Below, piece by piece: positions 35,430-50,758 of a stretch of DNA of 64,000 bases. Origin of the DNA: Rhizophagus irregularis (taxonomy: Eukaryota). Positions within the stretch are counted from its first letter, which is position 1, and each line of letters begins with the position of its first letter. Location of the stretch: NCBI RefSeq assembly GCF_026210795.1, contig NC_089429.1, positions 186,001 through 250,000 on the forward strand. Direction: 5' to 3'. A program made the position numbers and the translations under genes. Under the pieces are notes generated by a model that was given only the letters and a program-made list of their open reading frames with translations, ran no database searches and was not told where the DNA came from.

Positions 35430-38400
35430 ATATAAACTAAATTTTATTGAATTTAAATTATTAATTACTGATTAAAAATAAGAATATATAGTTTAAAATT
35501 TTTGAAAAATATTCTAATATAATTAATAAGCAAATTTTAAATATGATCTATATATAAATTATTTAAAATTCTAATATAATTTTTAATATATAATTTTTTT
35601 TAAATAAATAACTATATTTAATTTAAGAAAAAATTAACTGATAGTAAAATTACATAAGTTTTGCTAATTTACCTTTTAAATCAAATAATCTGAATTAAAT
35701 CACCTCCTTAAAATTTATATTTTACATTATTTTTTTTAAAAAAAAAATTATTTGTACCTATTATTCATTTCAAATTATATAGATTTTATTTATTTGAATA
35801 TTATAGAATATAATAACCAATTTTTTTTATATTTTTAATAATATCTCTTATTTTTTATTGTAATTATAATTTACATTTTTTTTTTGAAAATTTGGGTAAA
35901 ATTATATAATTATATAAAATTTATTAGTAAGTTAAATCATCTAGATTAAATCACTTTGAGTTAAAATTAGTCTTATACAAATTGCATAATTTCTAATTAA
36001 GTTTCAAAACTGAATTGTATTAGAATTAATGTAATTCCTTATCTAATTAATTTTCTTTCAGTTAAAATTAGTAACAATTTCTTTTTAATATATAAAACTA
36101 AAAAATTTATTTAATATTTATTATTTTTATTTCTTTTTTTTACTTTTTTTTTAATAAAAAAATATATGTATTATTTATTTCATAAAAAGGGAAATAAACT
36201 AAAATTAGTAATTTTCCAACTATCTATATGAGATTGGAAAATATAATAAGTTCCCAGTCATCTATAAACTTGGCTAATTACTCACAATTTTTAAAAATTA
36301 GTATAAAGGTAATTGGTAATTGGTATAAAGGTGATTATGAGTAACACTTATGTGACAGGCAATTAATATACATATTTTCTTTATTTAAAGAAAAAAATAA
36401 AGAAAATATAGATTAGAATTAGATTAAAATTAGACAAGAATAAAAATATTAATATTTACACAGAAATTTGAAATTAATAAATAACTAAACCTAGATATTT
36501 TTATATTATTATACATTAGTTAAATAAAAATTTAAATGATATTTTAATTTTAATATCTAATATTTAGTACTATTTAATACTGTAACTGTATTATTATACT
36601 GATTGTCTAAGATTATAATTATAAAAATTAGTTCAATAAACTATTTATTTAATATACAATATTTTACCTATAAAATTTTAATATATATAATATACTTTAT
36701 TTGATTATAAAAATATTAAATAATATTTTATAAATAAATTATTAATAATATTATTAATATTCTTTTACAGTACTTCGCAAAAAAGTACAATAATTAAAAT
36801 ATTTTTTTTATAATAGAATATTTTATTTGAAATTTATATATTTTTCTTTTAATAATGTATGATAAGAATAAATATTTTTAAAATATTTTTAAAATATTTG
36901 TGTTATATAATACATTAATAATTATATAATCGAAATATCGTTTTTTTTTAAAAAAAAAAATTTTAAATTTTTAAAATTGAATAATAAATTTTTCACTAAA
37001 ACATACTTTACGATAATTAATGCAAGGGAAATTTTTTGTATAACATTATTTGTTTGATAATTTTTATAACATTTAATCATTGTGTAATTATTATGCAGAT
37101 GATAATGATATTTTTTTTTTTGACACATTATATCGTTTATCATATAATACCGATGTAATAATACTTTGGACGTCTGCATAACATAATTTTTAAATACAGT
37201 TTTATTGGATAATGCAGTAGTTCAGTGATATTCTTTTTGTTAGTATCATACGTTGTATTTAAGCTTTTTTTTTAAAAAAAATTGATACATTTTATAAGAT
37301 TACATCATCGTATCACGTAATTTTGATAATTAATAAGATATTTATAATTATAATTATTCAAATAATAATTTCATTAATATTAACTCCAAACATGGTGAAG
37401 TTAATCCTTGTTTAATCATCATATTGAAATGAATTTAATAAATTCCAACCACTAAATATGAAGATCTACATATATCAAAGACGGAAATTTTTTATTAACT
37501 AGGAAACGAAAACCGTTATTGAACCCGAAATGCAGGTTAAGGTTTTATTATTGTTACATTTATCACGAATGTCACGTGCCAGGACGATACATCCCTGACA
37601 TTCGTATCACCTTGCGTTAGAATTACATTGTAGCATTGTAGTACACTTTGAAGTTCGAACTAATAAGAGTTCTTTATGAGTTCTTTATGAGTTCTTTTTA
37701 AAGGGTTTATTATTATTATTATTATCTGTATTAACTGTATAAACTTTTTTTTAAATTTTCATAATATTTTTCATATTTTTCATACAAATTTCCTTAATTT
37801 CCTGAAATAGACGGACATTCAAAAAAATTATGCAAAGAAAATTTCTTGCATTATAAAAGGATCATACAGTCCGACAATCATACCCTTCAAAAGTATTATC
37901 TATCGACATCAAACTTTAAATTATTGAATTACAGGATGTACTTGTATAATGTAATATATTACGTAAATAAAAAAACTAAACTAAACTATAATGAGGATAT
38001 AATTATTGTTTTAATAAAATAATATTCTTCCCAAAAAGCCTTTGATTTACTTGATGTTGAAACATGATAATTTGACTGATCATAATGTGACCTATTTTCG
38101 GGAATGACGATATCGGTAAGTCAAAAAATTTTGATAATCATATTAACCAATAAAATCAATAAAATCCGTTACCGAGTAACATTACCACCCAATTTGGTTT
38201 ATTAAACAAAATTTAAAAAAAGATAATCCGGGAATGCATCACATGTAACGAAATAAATTAAAAAAATTTCAGCGATCCTTGATTAGTGATTAACCAACGT
38301 AAATAAAAATAATTATGCACAAATTATTAATTATTTATAAATTATTGTATTTATGCATTCTCTTTGTTTTCCCTTAAACTATTTTTCACCTTCTTTAATT

Positions 38401-41215
38401 CTAAAAGGGTTCTTTTAAATTAAAATAATAAATTAAGACAAATTATTATTTAAGACAAATTATTACGACAAATTATTACGATGGGTTTATATAAATAATC
38501 ACCTGCCAATCTGCCGTTCAGCCGCCAGTTACCCAAGTGATATACAGTAAATCACACAAACTTGTGTTAGACCAATTCTAAGTTTACGGGGTTTATTAAA
38601 CTTAAAAATTTACGTTATGTAGGACGAGTAGCACAATTAATGATATCATAATTTGACGTTTGTTAAAACTTCCTAAAAAAACAAATAAAATAAATAAAAT
38701 GGCGAAATTTATCCTTAAAGTATGTGATTCATTGAGTAAAAGAACGACAAATACGAAAATGGCTAGTATCAATTACGTTCACCATAGTAACCTAGATTAA
38801 AATTATGTTATTCTTAGTTTAGCATACTCAACAGACGTTAAAAAAAAAAGAGAGAGAAGGAAAAATAAAAGGTATCAATAATTACATCATTATATTGATC
38901 CGTTTTAAATTAGATTAATTCTGTTTTCCAACAATTCAATCTATTTCAATAATAAAATAGTACGAAAATTATGTAATGTGACGTAAGACGCCTTGTATCA
39001 TTAGGTATACTAGAATCAATATTTTCGCACATGTTAAATCCATGTAATCCTTTATCCATGTCTTTTGATGGAAAATCATGAATAAAACGTAATCAATCAT
39101 CAAAGGCTGATTGTTAATGACGTAAATTTAAAGAAGAAAAGGATCAACTCACTTGTTTATTTTATTTAGCCTTTCTTTCAATAATGTATTAGCCGAAGAA
39201 GAAGCTATTTTATTACATCATATCGCTTTTATTTCTTTTGATTTTGAAAATCCCATAAATATCAAAGATGCAAACTTACGTCTTAGATGTTTGCTTTCAC
39301 GGGATGAGTTTATTTCCGGAAAATCCGTGGATAATTTATATTACAGTATATAATAATTCATTATTTCTACTTTCGCGGATTGATTTATTTCCGAAAATTC
39401 ATAGATATCTTTAATTTACGCCTAATAAGAAAACATCATGCATGATTTTTTTTTTTCTTGATGGATTTGAATTATCTCCGAAATCCGTAGATATCAGGAT
39501 ATTTTTTGCGCCTTTGGATAAATTGTTATTGATACTATATTTTAAAATATTTTTTTATTTTTTTTTGCATGAATACTTTTTAGTGAATATATCTTTTTCA
39601 TTCCTTAAAATTACCTTTCCTTAGAGAAACTTTTTTAAAAAAAAATCTTTAATAAAATATGGAAATAAAAATTTCGAAGAATTTCGATGAGTTTCGATGG
39701 GTTCGATTGATCTACTTTTGATTTAAATTTATTTTTTTCTCGTACTATTATAGTACATTTGAAAATCATTTTAACTTAATCTAATATAGAATGGTTGAAA
39801 TAATAAAGTTAGATGATATCTCGAAAATTTGTACATTGGGAGCAACATTGAAAGGACGATACTTTTGATGATGATATGTTGATTGTGTTGATTGTGTTGA
39901 TTGTACAAAATTATGTTTACAGATAAAAAGGTACTACATTAATATAGTATTTAATATTCATTTTTTATTGCCTAAATCGAAAAAAAAAAAAATTCTTATA
40001 TATATATAAAAAAAACACGATCATTTTCCGTTCGCCCACTTTTGGCTGAAATCATTCTTTGCGATTTTGGCTGAATCAGATGACTTTTTTCTCAAAGAAA
40101 TTTTTTTAAAAGAGAAACTATATGGAAAATAAAAAATCGGAACTTTTTTACATACACATCATTTTTTTTTTTTCATATGTAAACTAACTAAAATAAATTA
40201 AAACGATCAACATATAATAAAAAATTGCCTCACAAATAAAAAGATTTATACAAAAATGGTAAGATCAAAAGATGTCGCAACAAGGCGCAATTTAAAAATT
40301 ATTTAGAAAAACTGGTATACGTGATACTGTATACGGTATGTTGACTATGTTGTGGCAAAAAATTGAGGGTAACACTAAGCAGTAACACCACGCCGGTATT
40401 ACGTGATAATCGGGTCTAGAACCACCCAAAAAAAGGACCCTAAAGCCTAAACTATTTTTTTAGTTAAACTTGATTAGGTTATTTTTAAAAATGTGTAAAT
40501 AGGGACTAAAAAATAAACAGGAATTTATTCCAATAGTTCGGAATAAATTGATTTAAATTTTAGACACAAAGACTATTTATTTAAAGTACCTAAGTACCTT
40601 ACAGGTAATGTTTAAATCCCATGACCAAAAATAAGCCTTATTACGTAAAATAATGTTACATCTATCTGTACTGTTGAGGTGTTAAGGGGGAGTAAATAAA
40701 ATATGGGGTAAAAAAAATTAAATGTCAATTCAATCGATTGGTTCCCTCTTTTTAATCATTTTAATCATAACTATCTTTTGTGTTAAGTTATGGGAAAAAA
40801 AATTAGTTATTCATGTGAAGTTAAACATTTACATAAAAACAATAATCAAAAACTTTTTTCTTATCAAACATATCAAAACTAACTTTTAAGGATTTGCATT
40901 TTTTTTTTTTTTTCATTTTACACACGAGGCAAACAAAATTTAAAAATTTCACACGATAATATTTTACTACATGAAAAAAATTTTTTTTTTTTTTTTATTT
41001 TATTTTATTTTAAAAAAATTTTTTTTTTTCTTTTTTTTTCCTTTTGCGAAAAAAAAAATCATGGGGGAAAGAAAAAGAAAAAGAAAAGGGGGAGGAAAAA
41101 AAAATATTTACAAAAATCGCAAAAAAAAAAAAAAATAAAATAATAAATAAAAAATAAAAATGAAAATAAAATAAAATAAAATAAAAATATTATAAATAAA
41201 AAAAAAACAATTTTT

Positions 41216-42178
41216 TTATATTCTATTTATAATTACAAAATCGTCATCGACTTGTCTGTGTTGTTTTTCAATGTTTTTAATGAAATTTTTATATTGTAGA
41301 ACACGAAAATTGTCTAATTCACTTAACATAATATTTACAGTATTTATTATAGAAAATTTTCTCTCTCTCACCAAATAATATTCATCAGAAAAATCATTAT
41401 TTAATTTATTAAGAATCTTTAAAATAGATTCTTTATAAATTAAAAATGCTTTATTATCAACAGAAATAGGTAAAACCTGATTGTTATTTGATTCAAAAGT
41501 AAGATTACCTTTTAAATTAATTGATTTTAATAATAAAAGTTGATTTTGCATTGAACGAAGTTTTGAGAGATATGAAATGATTTTCAAAGTTTTTCTCTTT
41601 TCTATATGATGCTTTATGAATGAATAAATTTTAAATGCGGCTTGAAATCTTTTGATTGATGAACTCATTGTCCTTGATGGTAAACTTTTTGAATTTTTTG
41701 ATAATAATGATGATGATGATGATAATGTTGAATTGGAACTTAAAGAATTACTACTGCAGCTAGTTCTTAACCCATTATTATTTTTAAGTTGAGCTGATTT
41801 AAGTTCATAAAACTTTCTTAGAGCGTTACATTCTTCAACTTTTTTAAGTGCCATTTGTTTTTCCGCTCTTTCTCTGCAAAGTCTTTCTTTTTCCGCGCAA
41901 AGTTGATGTCGACGTTGTAATTCTTGTTGTAATTGATTCCTTTTAAGTGTTGCTTCATGATATTTTTCAAACCTCATTCTTTGTTGTGAATCGTTTTCTG
42001 ATATCATGGAATTATTATTATTATTACGATTATTACGATTATTATTATTATTATTACAAGGTAAATTAAATGTTATTTTACTTTTGTTTGATGAAGGCGA
42101 AGGTTCTCTTTTTTTATTATATGAATTTTTTGGTTTATAAAATAAGTTTTCAGTTTCTACCCGAGAACATGCGAACAT
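41216..42178 (-). CDS. Intronless 320-aa protein: coiled coil, IQ-like motif and C-terminal BAG-like domain (putative Hsp70 co-chaperone)
   Basis: Long open ORF in very AT-rich DNA with A/T-tract flanks. RFQAAFKIYSFIK resembles an IQ-type helix; NKAFLIYKESILKILNKLN...VRERKFSIINTVNIMLSELD resembles a BAG three-helix bundle. Domain call made by eye. Confidence 0.7.
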   Translation of the reverse strand: MFACSRVETENLFYKPKNSYNKKREPSPSSNKSKITFNLPCNNNNNNRNNRNNNNNSMISENDSQQRMRFEKYHEATLKRNQLQQELQRRHQLCAEKERLCRERAEKQMALKKVEECNALRKFYELKSAQLKNNNGLRTSCSSNSLSSNSTLSSSSSLLSKNSKSLPSRTMSSSIKRFQAAFKIYSFIKHHIEKRKTLKIISYLSKLRSMQNQLLLLKSINLKGNLTFESNNNQVLPISVDNKAFLIYKESILKILNKLNNDFSDEYYLVRERKFSIINTVNIMLSELDNFRVLQYKNFIKNIEKQHRQVDDDFVIINRI

Positions 42179-45100
42179 TTTTACAAAGTGGTTTTTTCTT
42201 TTTACAAAGTGGGAGGGAATTTACAAATAAATTTTTCTTGTTCAAAAAAAAAAAAAAAAGAGAATAATGCTATTTAGATTTTCTTTTTTTTTATTATTTT
42301 CTTTTTTTACTTTTTGTGATTGTGCAAAAATTCTCACCTCATATATATATATTTTTTTTATGTAAAGTAAAGTAAAGTAAATCAATAAAGATGATTCAAG
42401 AAAATTCAAGTTAGATCAGCATTTCAAATTCCGACTTTACACCAGTAAAAAATGAAACGATTATATAACGGGTAAAAGTTGAAAAAATATAATAGTTAAT
42501 ATAAATAAGATAAACATTTATGTCATATTGCATTTCAACATATGTAATGCAAGTAATATGTGGTGCAGTGTTATACATATATATTTTTGTATTTTTGTTA
42601 TATTGTAAATCTTTTTTTTTTTTTTGTACAGATTAAAAGATTATCTTCGGTTGTTTTCGTTTTCGGTGATCAACGGTTTCATATGTTAAAAAGAATTTCT
42701 TACTAGTCAAAATATATAATTTATAATTAATTATATTTGAAAATATTAAAAAATATTAGTTTTTTTTTTTTAAAAACTTTTTTAAGTTTTAAACCTTTTA
42801 AACCTTTTAAACCATTTAAACCGTATATATATTTTAACCCGTAATATATTTTGAATTTATTATTAGAAAAATCTCTTTATTTTCGGTATTTCCTTTGTTT
42901 TCCGTTATGCAAAACAACAACGAAATTTTTTTTTTATTATAAAAAAAAATTTTAGTAATTAGATAAATTTGAACTGTTGCACCCGTTGCACTTAATTAAA
43001 CGCAATTTCCACCTTTTTATTTTTGCTTTGCATAAAAGGAAAAATGATTCCAAATATTAAAAATCATGCAATTTTTAACGAGGGATACAATATTTTATTT
43101 TTTTATATATATAAAAAAATGATCCTTCCTTAAAGAAATTTTTTTGTACTCTTTTTCTTTACCTTCTTTGTAAATCTTCTAGAATGGTTGAACAGAAATG
43201 CCGTAATTATCAATTTACCCGAATACATGAATGACATGACTGAATATAACCTGTTATTTATTACCCGTTATTCTATTACCTGTCTTGTTAATCATAGGCT
43301 TAGAAAATCCCTATAGCCTTTAGTAGTGCTTAATAGGCTTATAGGCTTTTATAGGCTTATGTTGGCTTATTAGCCTTTATACTATTATACTACTTTATAC
43401 TATTATTCTACTCAGTTAAAACTATATTATGCTACTTACGGGCTACGGCTATTATAAATATTATGTTATGTATATTATATATTATATTATATATATTATA
43501 TTTATATTTTTTTATAACAAACACTTTGTTGTTTGTTATTATTGTTGTTGCTGTGTATACTGTGTAAAAATAACAGTCGACAAAATAATCCATACAAGCC
43601 CGTTAAGCCCATTAGATCATTTAAAATCGCAGTAAATCAGGTTGTAAAATTACGTCATAAAATATGTTATGATTTCCATATAAGGAAATGAATACATCAT
43701 ACATCTTTACTATTCCAAATACAATCTCATATATATTCTTATTCTTTATTATTATTAATATCATTTCATTGTTACTTTTTCACCTTTGAGAGACTTTTTT
43801 GATAGAAAGCGTGGAATAATCACAAGTTTTTTTCGGGTTTTTTTTGGTCGGAATTTGGTCGGAAAATAAATTTCCATTGTTGGTAAAAATGATTTTTTTT
43901 TTAAAAAAAAAAAAAGAAAAAAAAAAAAAAAATATTTATAAAAAAAAAGGTTTATTAGTTTCATGTGTTATAATTTTTTTTAATGCATGTACCTTTTATG
44001 AGCCTAAACAAACTCGCATAACATTTTTTTACTGTATACACACGTATTTTCGCATTAATTAACATTTGATAACCCTGAATAAAATGTTTAACAATTAAAT
44101 GCATACTTTATCAATAGTTAAAAATGTGTAAATGATTTAATGATTGAAATTATACCCATATCTTTACAATAAAAGATGGTTTAGTTACAATTACAGTAAT
44201 AGGTAATGTACTGTATATCTATCTATCTATTATTATTCAAAAAACACAATATGACGAAATGACGAAAATATAAAATACATAAAAATAAAAAATTGTTTTA
44301 AAAAAATGAAAAATGGAAATAAAAAGAAAGAAAGAAATTGTTAATATAAAATTAATAATAACGGATAATATAATTTATCATAAATTTAAAAAAAAATGTA
44401 TTATAAATAAAATAAAACGTTTTGAGTAAATGCTAGAAATATGGATCCATGCTTATGATATCATTCATTCCCAAAAAAGTTTAACTATTTAATGTGGTGT
44501 GCATTGAGAATGTGTCATGTGCACATGATTTACGTATTCCGAGAAGAATAGAAGATCATATTCAATGTTTACTTTCATTATTCGTTGTTTTTATTTTCAT
44601 TCAATGATTTTATTTGTTAAAAAAAAATCATTTCATTATTTCTTTATAAAAGTTATTATTAACATATATAAAGAATGTAATAAAACGATAAATACTCTTT
44701 TACTTTCTAATATGTAATATGTACTCCAAATGTGCTGAATGTGCTTGAATGTACTTTATCGATCTTGTCTGCTAAATTAAGAATAATCATTATCTGTTAT
44801 ACAGTTAAAAAAAAAGCACGATGATCGTTCAAATTAATCATCAATAAGGAAATCTTTTTATTAAAAATCATCTTTTTTGAAATTATTTTTTTTTCCTTTT
44901 GATTATAAATCAAAACAAAATTTAAAACAAGAAAAAAGAAACTTTTTTTTTATATCTTTTTTTTTTAATAGGATAATAATAATTTATTTAAATTACGTAT
45001 GTTAACTTATATGAACGGTATGGGTTTTATAATAAAAAATTTACTTAAAAAAGGTTCAAGTTTCATTATAATTTAAATTTATTACATATAATGAGGTTAC

Positions 45101-47599
45101 ATCGGGATATCGGAATTCGGAACTATCGGGTCAATGCATGCACTGATAGTAAGCATACGGGAAATCGGATATCATCCCATGTTATTTTTTTTATCTTTAT
45201 TTTATTTCTTTGTTTTGGAAAAAAGAAAGACAAATTAAGACAAAATTTTTTTTTATAATAAAATAAATTTTGGTTAATTAATCAATTAAAAAAAAAAGAT
45301 TCCTTTTTTTTTGTTTCCGAAAAACAAGAATCATGAAATATATGAAATATGATATATGACGTAAATTAATTTGAAGTGAAAATGAAAAAAGCTATCGTTC
45401 TTTTTTGTCTTTATATAAATAGATTAATAATAATAATAATAATAATAATATGTATCGTATATGAAATAATATATCACGTAAGTGCACAGTCTGCAATGTA
45501 CCGAAATGTAGATCAATTATGAATATCTCGCACTGTTTACCCTTAAAAAATGAACAATATAAAAAAAATATAAAAAAAAAATTATAAATAATAAATAAAT
45601 AAAATTTTTTTTTAATGTAAAAAATTAAACTGTAATTTGATTAATTAGATTCTTTTTTTTTTGTTAGTCTCTAAAAAAAAATCTATAAAAGATATAAGAG
45701 ATTCTACTGGTAAAAAAAAAAAATATGGTTTATGAAAAGTTCCTTAAATAGTAATTCTATAAGTACATATTTATGATCTTGGAGATAAAAAAACTCTTTT
45801 ATGGTATTGGATGAAAAAAAAAAGGCATAGAATGAAAATGGACATAGGTGATAATAGTATATACTAATAATACTATAGTAGAATCATAGAAGTTGAGAAC
45901 AATTGTGAAAAAAAAAAAAAAAAAATTGTGAAACGTTCAAAGAAAATCGAACTAAAACTAATTCTCATTCTATTCCATTTTATTTCAATCTATTTCATTT
46001 TATTTTATTTTTTCTTTTTTCACTGAAAAATAAAATTCCAATAAAAGAAAAGTGAATAATGTTCATTGATTTTATAACTTCTTTCGGCTGAAAAATCTAT
46101 CTGTTTCAAAGAAAAAAGATTATCGAACATTTGGATGATTGTTTTGTGAAACTGAATTTTACCATAAATTTCAAGATCATTTAAGAAAAAAAAAAAAAAA
46201 ATTTCCGGAGTTGTTACGGAAAATAAAAATTATGTTCGTTTAGAATTTTAATTCTGGACACAAAGGTCACACGCACTATTCTATTCGTAGGATTTTTTTA
46301 AGGAGATGGATTTTGAAAACTTTACAATGATTTAACAAAAACAATATCAAATTATATATACACTTATTTTATTATTATTAATGAATGAATCCTTTACAGT
46401 AGGAAAAAAAAAAAAAATTTATTAAATGAATCCTTCATATGACCGGAATAAAGTTATCTTTTAAATGAAAGAAAAAGGAATATGGAATAAAAGGGATTTT
46501 TTTTTTTTCAAGAATGTTTACATTGTATACAAAAAAAAATTATTTATTCGTTTTTCAAAAAGGTGAATTTTATGTGTAAATCAGGGGTTTTTCGAAGGAC
46601 TTGTTTTGTTATCAATTTCATAATTTTGCATTTAACCAATCAAATTTTGTGTTGATCAACGTGAGTAATTATTTAAAAGTACTTTTTTTATATAAGTTAG
46701 ATTTCGTGTTTTAAAAAAAGGATGGTTCATATGTATTATTATTTCATATTATGTTAAATGAAGTATAAACCTTAGATAGTTCCTTGTTTCGGTTCGGGTT
46801 AGCATCGTTTTATTGGATATACTATATATTATGACATGATCAAATAAATATAATGCAAGTATAATGTCAATATAATGTCGTTATAAGGTCAATATAAAGG
46901 TCAGTATAGAGTCAATATAAAGGCAGTATAGGGTCAACTTTACATAAATGCCGCATCTTCCTTTTAAGACCAGAATATGAATGTGTATTTAGAAAGGATG
47001 TGTATTTCATACTTTTGTCTTAGTTTGTATACAAGTATATACTATTAAGTTTCAACTTAACGAAAGAATGCATTTATAGAAGACATATAATACTGTATAT
47101 ACAGTCCTATTATTTAAAAATACTTTAATGTTATCATTTTGCTTTAACAAATTATATAAATATATAATCAATCTATTTTAAGAATTTCTGATTTTTTTTA
47201 TCATTCCGTATGTCTGTATGATAATAATGATAACTCTCCAGTTTTTTCACTTTAAATATATACTTTTTTGGAAATCGTTACTTTGAAACCCTATCTTAAT
47301 TAAATTATTTCTATGATTCATATATATACAAGCCTTTTTTATTTAAATTATACTTTTTATGATTTAGTTATATTCTAATTTTTTAGATTTTGCCTAGTAT
47401 CTTTCTTAAATTATAAATAATTAAAAAATTTTCTAATTTTTTAGATGTTGTATAGTATGCATAGTATCTTTTTTAAATTATAAAATAATGAAAGGTTTTT
47501 TTTTTGTAAATTCAAATTTTTATAAAATATGCTAAATTTTTAATAATTATAAATTCCATCATTTGATTGAATGTCCTTCTCTATTTCAGCTATCCTGAA

Positions 47600-49840
47600 T
47601 AAGGTATTGTATAACTGATAGTTATCATAATTTTTTTCAAGTTGCTTGGAAGACTAAAACCAGTTGGGTCTAGGAGTTTTTTGATAATGAGTAATAGGCA
47701 ATTTGCAAACTAAATAAGTATGGACTCAGATATTCCTTGTAAAAAAAAGTATAAAATGAGTGGTTCTACTAAGAATTATATTGAATACTTGGCAAATAAA
47801 TATCAGTTTTATCAAAATGAACAGATAAAAACTTGGGTAATACTTTATTTTTATAAAAACATTATTTTATTAGAATTTTAGTTAATGATACTTATTTTAT
47901 TTATTATAGGGAACTATAAATAAAGTCATTAAAAAACACAAAAAAAGCCATTAATTTGAGTTACGCTAATATTTAACAGATTTTATTATATATATGAGCT
48001 AACCATTAAGAATAGTTAATTATATATCCTTTTTATCAGCTTATTCATGAATTAGATTCTGCATTCAGCATGTCAGATTATGTAGCATATAATATACTTT
48101 TAGAACTTTAGTTGATTTATTGCAACCTATTACTTCTGTTTCTCTTACATTAGATTTGTGGATTACATGAAGTTCACATGGTTATCTTGACATAATATAC
48201 TTTTATCTTGATCAGCAATACAGTCTTCATAAAATTGCTCTAATACTTTTTTATATTAGATACCGCATACCACTGAAATAAGGATGCTTGCCAAAACTAT
48301 TTTTTAAAAATTTTAGTTTAATTAAAATTCAATTTGAAACTATTTTTTATAATAAACTTAATTGCCTAAACTGTTTTATACTTTTCCAAAACTAATTATA
48401 ATTTAGAAAAGTTTTGAATTTACCAATTTTTTCATTAAAAATAAAGTTTTTAAATTCAAATTTTTGAATTTTATCATTAAATGAGTTTTGAATAGCAATA
48501 CTATTACATTAAAAACATTAAAGATATTATTGAAAAAATTCTAAATATTTGGAATTTGTAATTTAAAGTGCATTCAATAACAACTGATAATAGAAGAAAT
48601 ATTAAAAAATATATAAAAAGTATGAATGGAATTGAATAGATTTTCTGTACTTTATACATGTTATAACTAGTTAATTGAAAAGAACAAATTGGTACTAGTC
48701 AAAAACTTGATTTTAAAAATAAAAAGAGTAATTAATTTTTTTTCAAAATTTAAACAAGCTGAAAGGCTAGAAGATATTCAAAAAAACTTAAATAAAAGAG
48801 CAATTGAGGTAATTAATTTTAATTAAAATTAATAATATATATATAATATTTTAATTAAATATAATATAATTATAGGAATCATCTCAATAAAGCATATATA
48901 AATCATTAAAAAAAAAAAAAAAAAAAATAATTATAGAAATCATTTAAGTGACAGGTCAACTTTTTCTTCAAAAAAGTAGTTTTTTTTCATAATGTTTAAT
49001 TCTTATATGTATTATATTTTTCTTATTTTTATAAGTTTAGTATATGTAAAGCTCTGAACTGAATCATTCAGAGCTTTAAGTATATGTAAATAAGGATAAT
49101 TATATTAAGACAAAATTGCATCTATAATAAATTAATTAAAAAAAAAAAATAATTATAGGAATTAAAGAAAATTGATAAGTTTTTGCATATTATCTAAGAC
49201 TGTATAACTTATTAAAATAGTTTACAATTAAACCTTGATATAGTGAACCCTTGATATAGTGAATTTTTCAAACAACTATAATAAATTTCCCTTTGCTATA
49301 ACGAATTAACCAATCAAATCTCTTAAAATCTTCACTATAGCCCTATAGCAAAGTTGAGGTCTAGAATCTAAGGTTCATTATAACAAGGGTTAACTGTATA
49401 TTATATGTGATAAAGATTGCTGCTCCTTCGAGATATAATAAATCTTCATATTACAAAATTGATATATGAAACTGATAGCAATTCAAAAATTCTAAGCAGT
49501 TAAAAAAAATTATAATTACTGCTTATGAATAGTATTTAATATAAAATTTAGTTAATATATTAGAACTAATTGCAAAGGTAACTGATTATTTAGATAGTAA
49601 TTTTTATATATATATAATATAATTAATTCTATAATTAAAGAAATTAAAAAAAGACTAGAGAATTCTTTAGAACTTTCTTTATTATTTTTATCATTATTAT
49701 TAGCTATAGAAATAAATAAAGATATTTTTAATTATAATGATATAGAAGATGAATTTGATTTACAACATATAAACACACCTTTTATATTTGGATTGTTAGA
49801 TTCAGTTAAAAAAAAATTTTATAAAGGCTTACTTTACAGA
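47600..49840 (+). pseudogene. Heavily degraded hAT transposase
   Basis: Remnants VSLTLDLW (~48140), ITTDN..NIK (~48578) and a CxxHxLxL-like segment (~48645); many stops; interrupted by MITEs. Confidence 0.6.
49225..49396. mobile_element. Tc1/pogo-type MITE (inverted copy of 10859-11030)
   Basis: Shares AACCAATCAAATCTCTTAAAATCTTCACTATAGCCCTATAGC with the reverse complement of the first copy; TA flanks. Confidence 0.9.
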
Positions 49841-50148
49841 AACTAATAAATTTAGAGTGAATCAACCATAAATTTGCTACAAAAACATCACTTAGATGTG
49901 GCGAGTAAAACCATAATAATTACGTTACTTCTTATTTAATGTAGTTAAAGTGATTCCTATTGGGTAGTTAGGTAGAGTATAGGTAGAAGTTATATGGTAT
50001 TATCTGTTATTATTCAAATTTTATTTATATACTGAAATTTATTTATTTATCAATTTTAAAATATATCAATTTACAATTGAAATATTATTATTAGTATCTA
50101 TTTAAATTATAAACAAAAAAATCTATATTAGACTAATTGCGCAGTAAT

Positions 50149-50758
50149 TATACATGAAGTCAAAATTAAAGCCCAAAAGTAGAAATATTTCGACTTGGGA
50201 AGGTCAAAAGTCGAAATTAAAGTCGAAATGGTCAAAATTACATTATAGTCATGTGATTTTTATAATTATAATTTAATATAAAATTTTAAACGTGAATAAC
50301 TCCGTCAATATTGATGTTACAGACATGAAATACATATCATTGGAATCCTCTTGATGAGCTGAATCCAACCGCGTAAAGATCATAAAAATCGAATCACTGG
50401 ATGCGGAGATCGTTAACTTTGAATTTTAAAATTATTGTTTACTATAAAAATTATAAGACTATTTAATACCAAATTTTAAACGTGAATAACTCCGTCAATA
50501 TTAATGCTACTAATGCTACAAATATGAAATACATATCATTGGAATCCTCTCGATGAGCTGAATCCAACTGTGTAAAGATCATAAAAATTGAATCACTGGA
50601 TGCGGAGTTCGTTAACTTTGAATTTTAATATTATTGTTTACTATAAAATCATATGATTATGACGTCATTTCGACTTTTGGAGGGGCTCAAGTCGAAATCA
50701 TTTTGACCATTTTGACCATTTTAGAGGTCAAAATTAACCAATTTCGGTTTCATGTATA
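50149..50758. mobile_element. MITE with 8-bp TSD and two ~190-bp internal repeats
   Basis: TIRs TATACATGAAGTCAAAATT / AATTTCGGTTTCATGTATA; TSD GCAGTAAT; GTCGAAAT subterminal repeats. Confidence 0.88.

Noticed and set aside
39153..39624. Two short ORFs in the long intergenic region
   Set aside because: Short, Phe/Ile-rich, no splice-consistent model or recognisable motif.
43320..43625. TAGGCTT/AAGCCC short repeats as telomeric or MITE sequence
   Set aside because: Irregular and few; no TIR/TSD or TTAGGG array could be defined.
46850..46940. ~11-12-bp degenerate tandem repeat
   Set aside because: Short simple repeat with no further structure.
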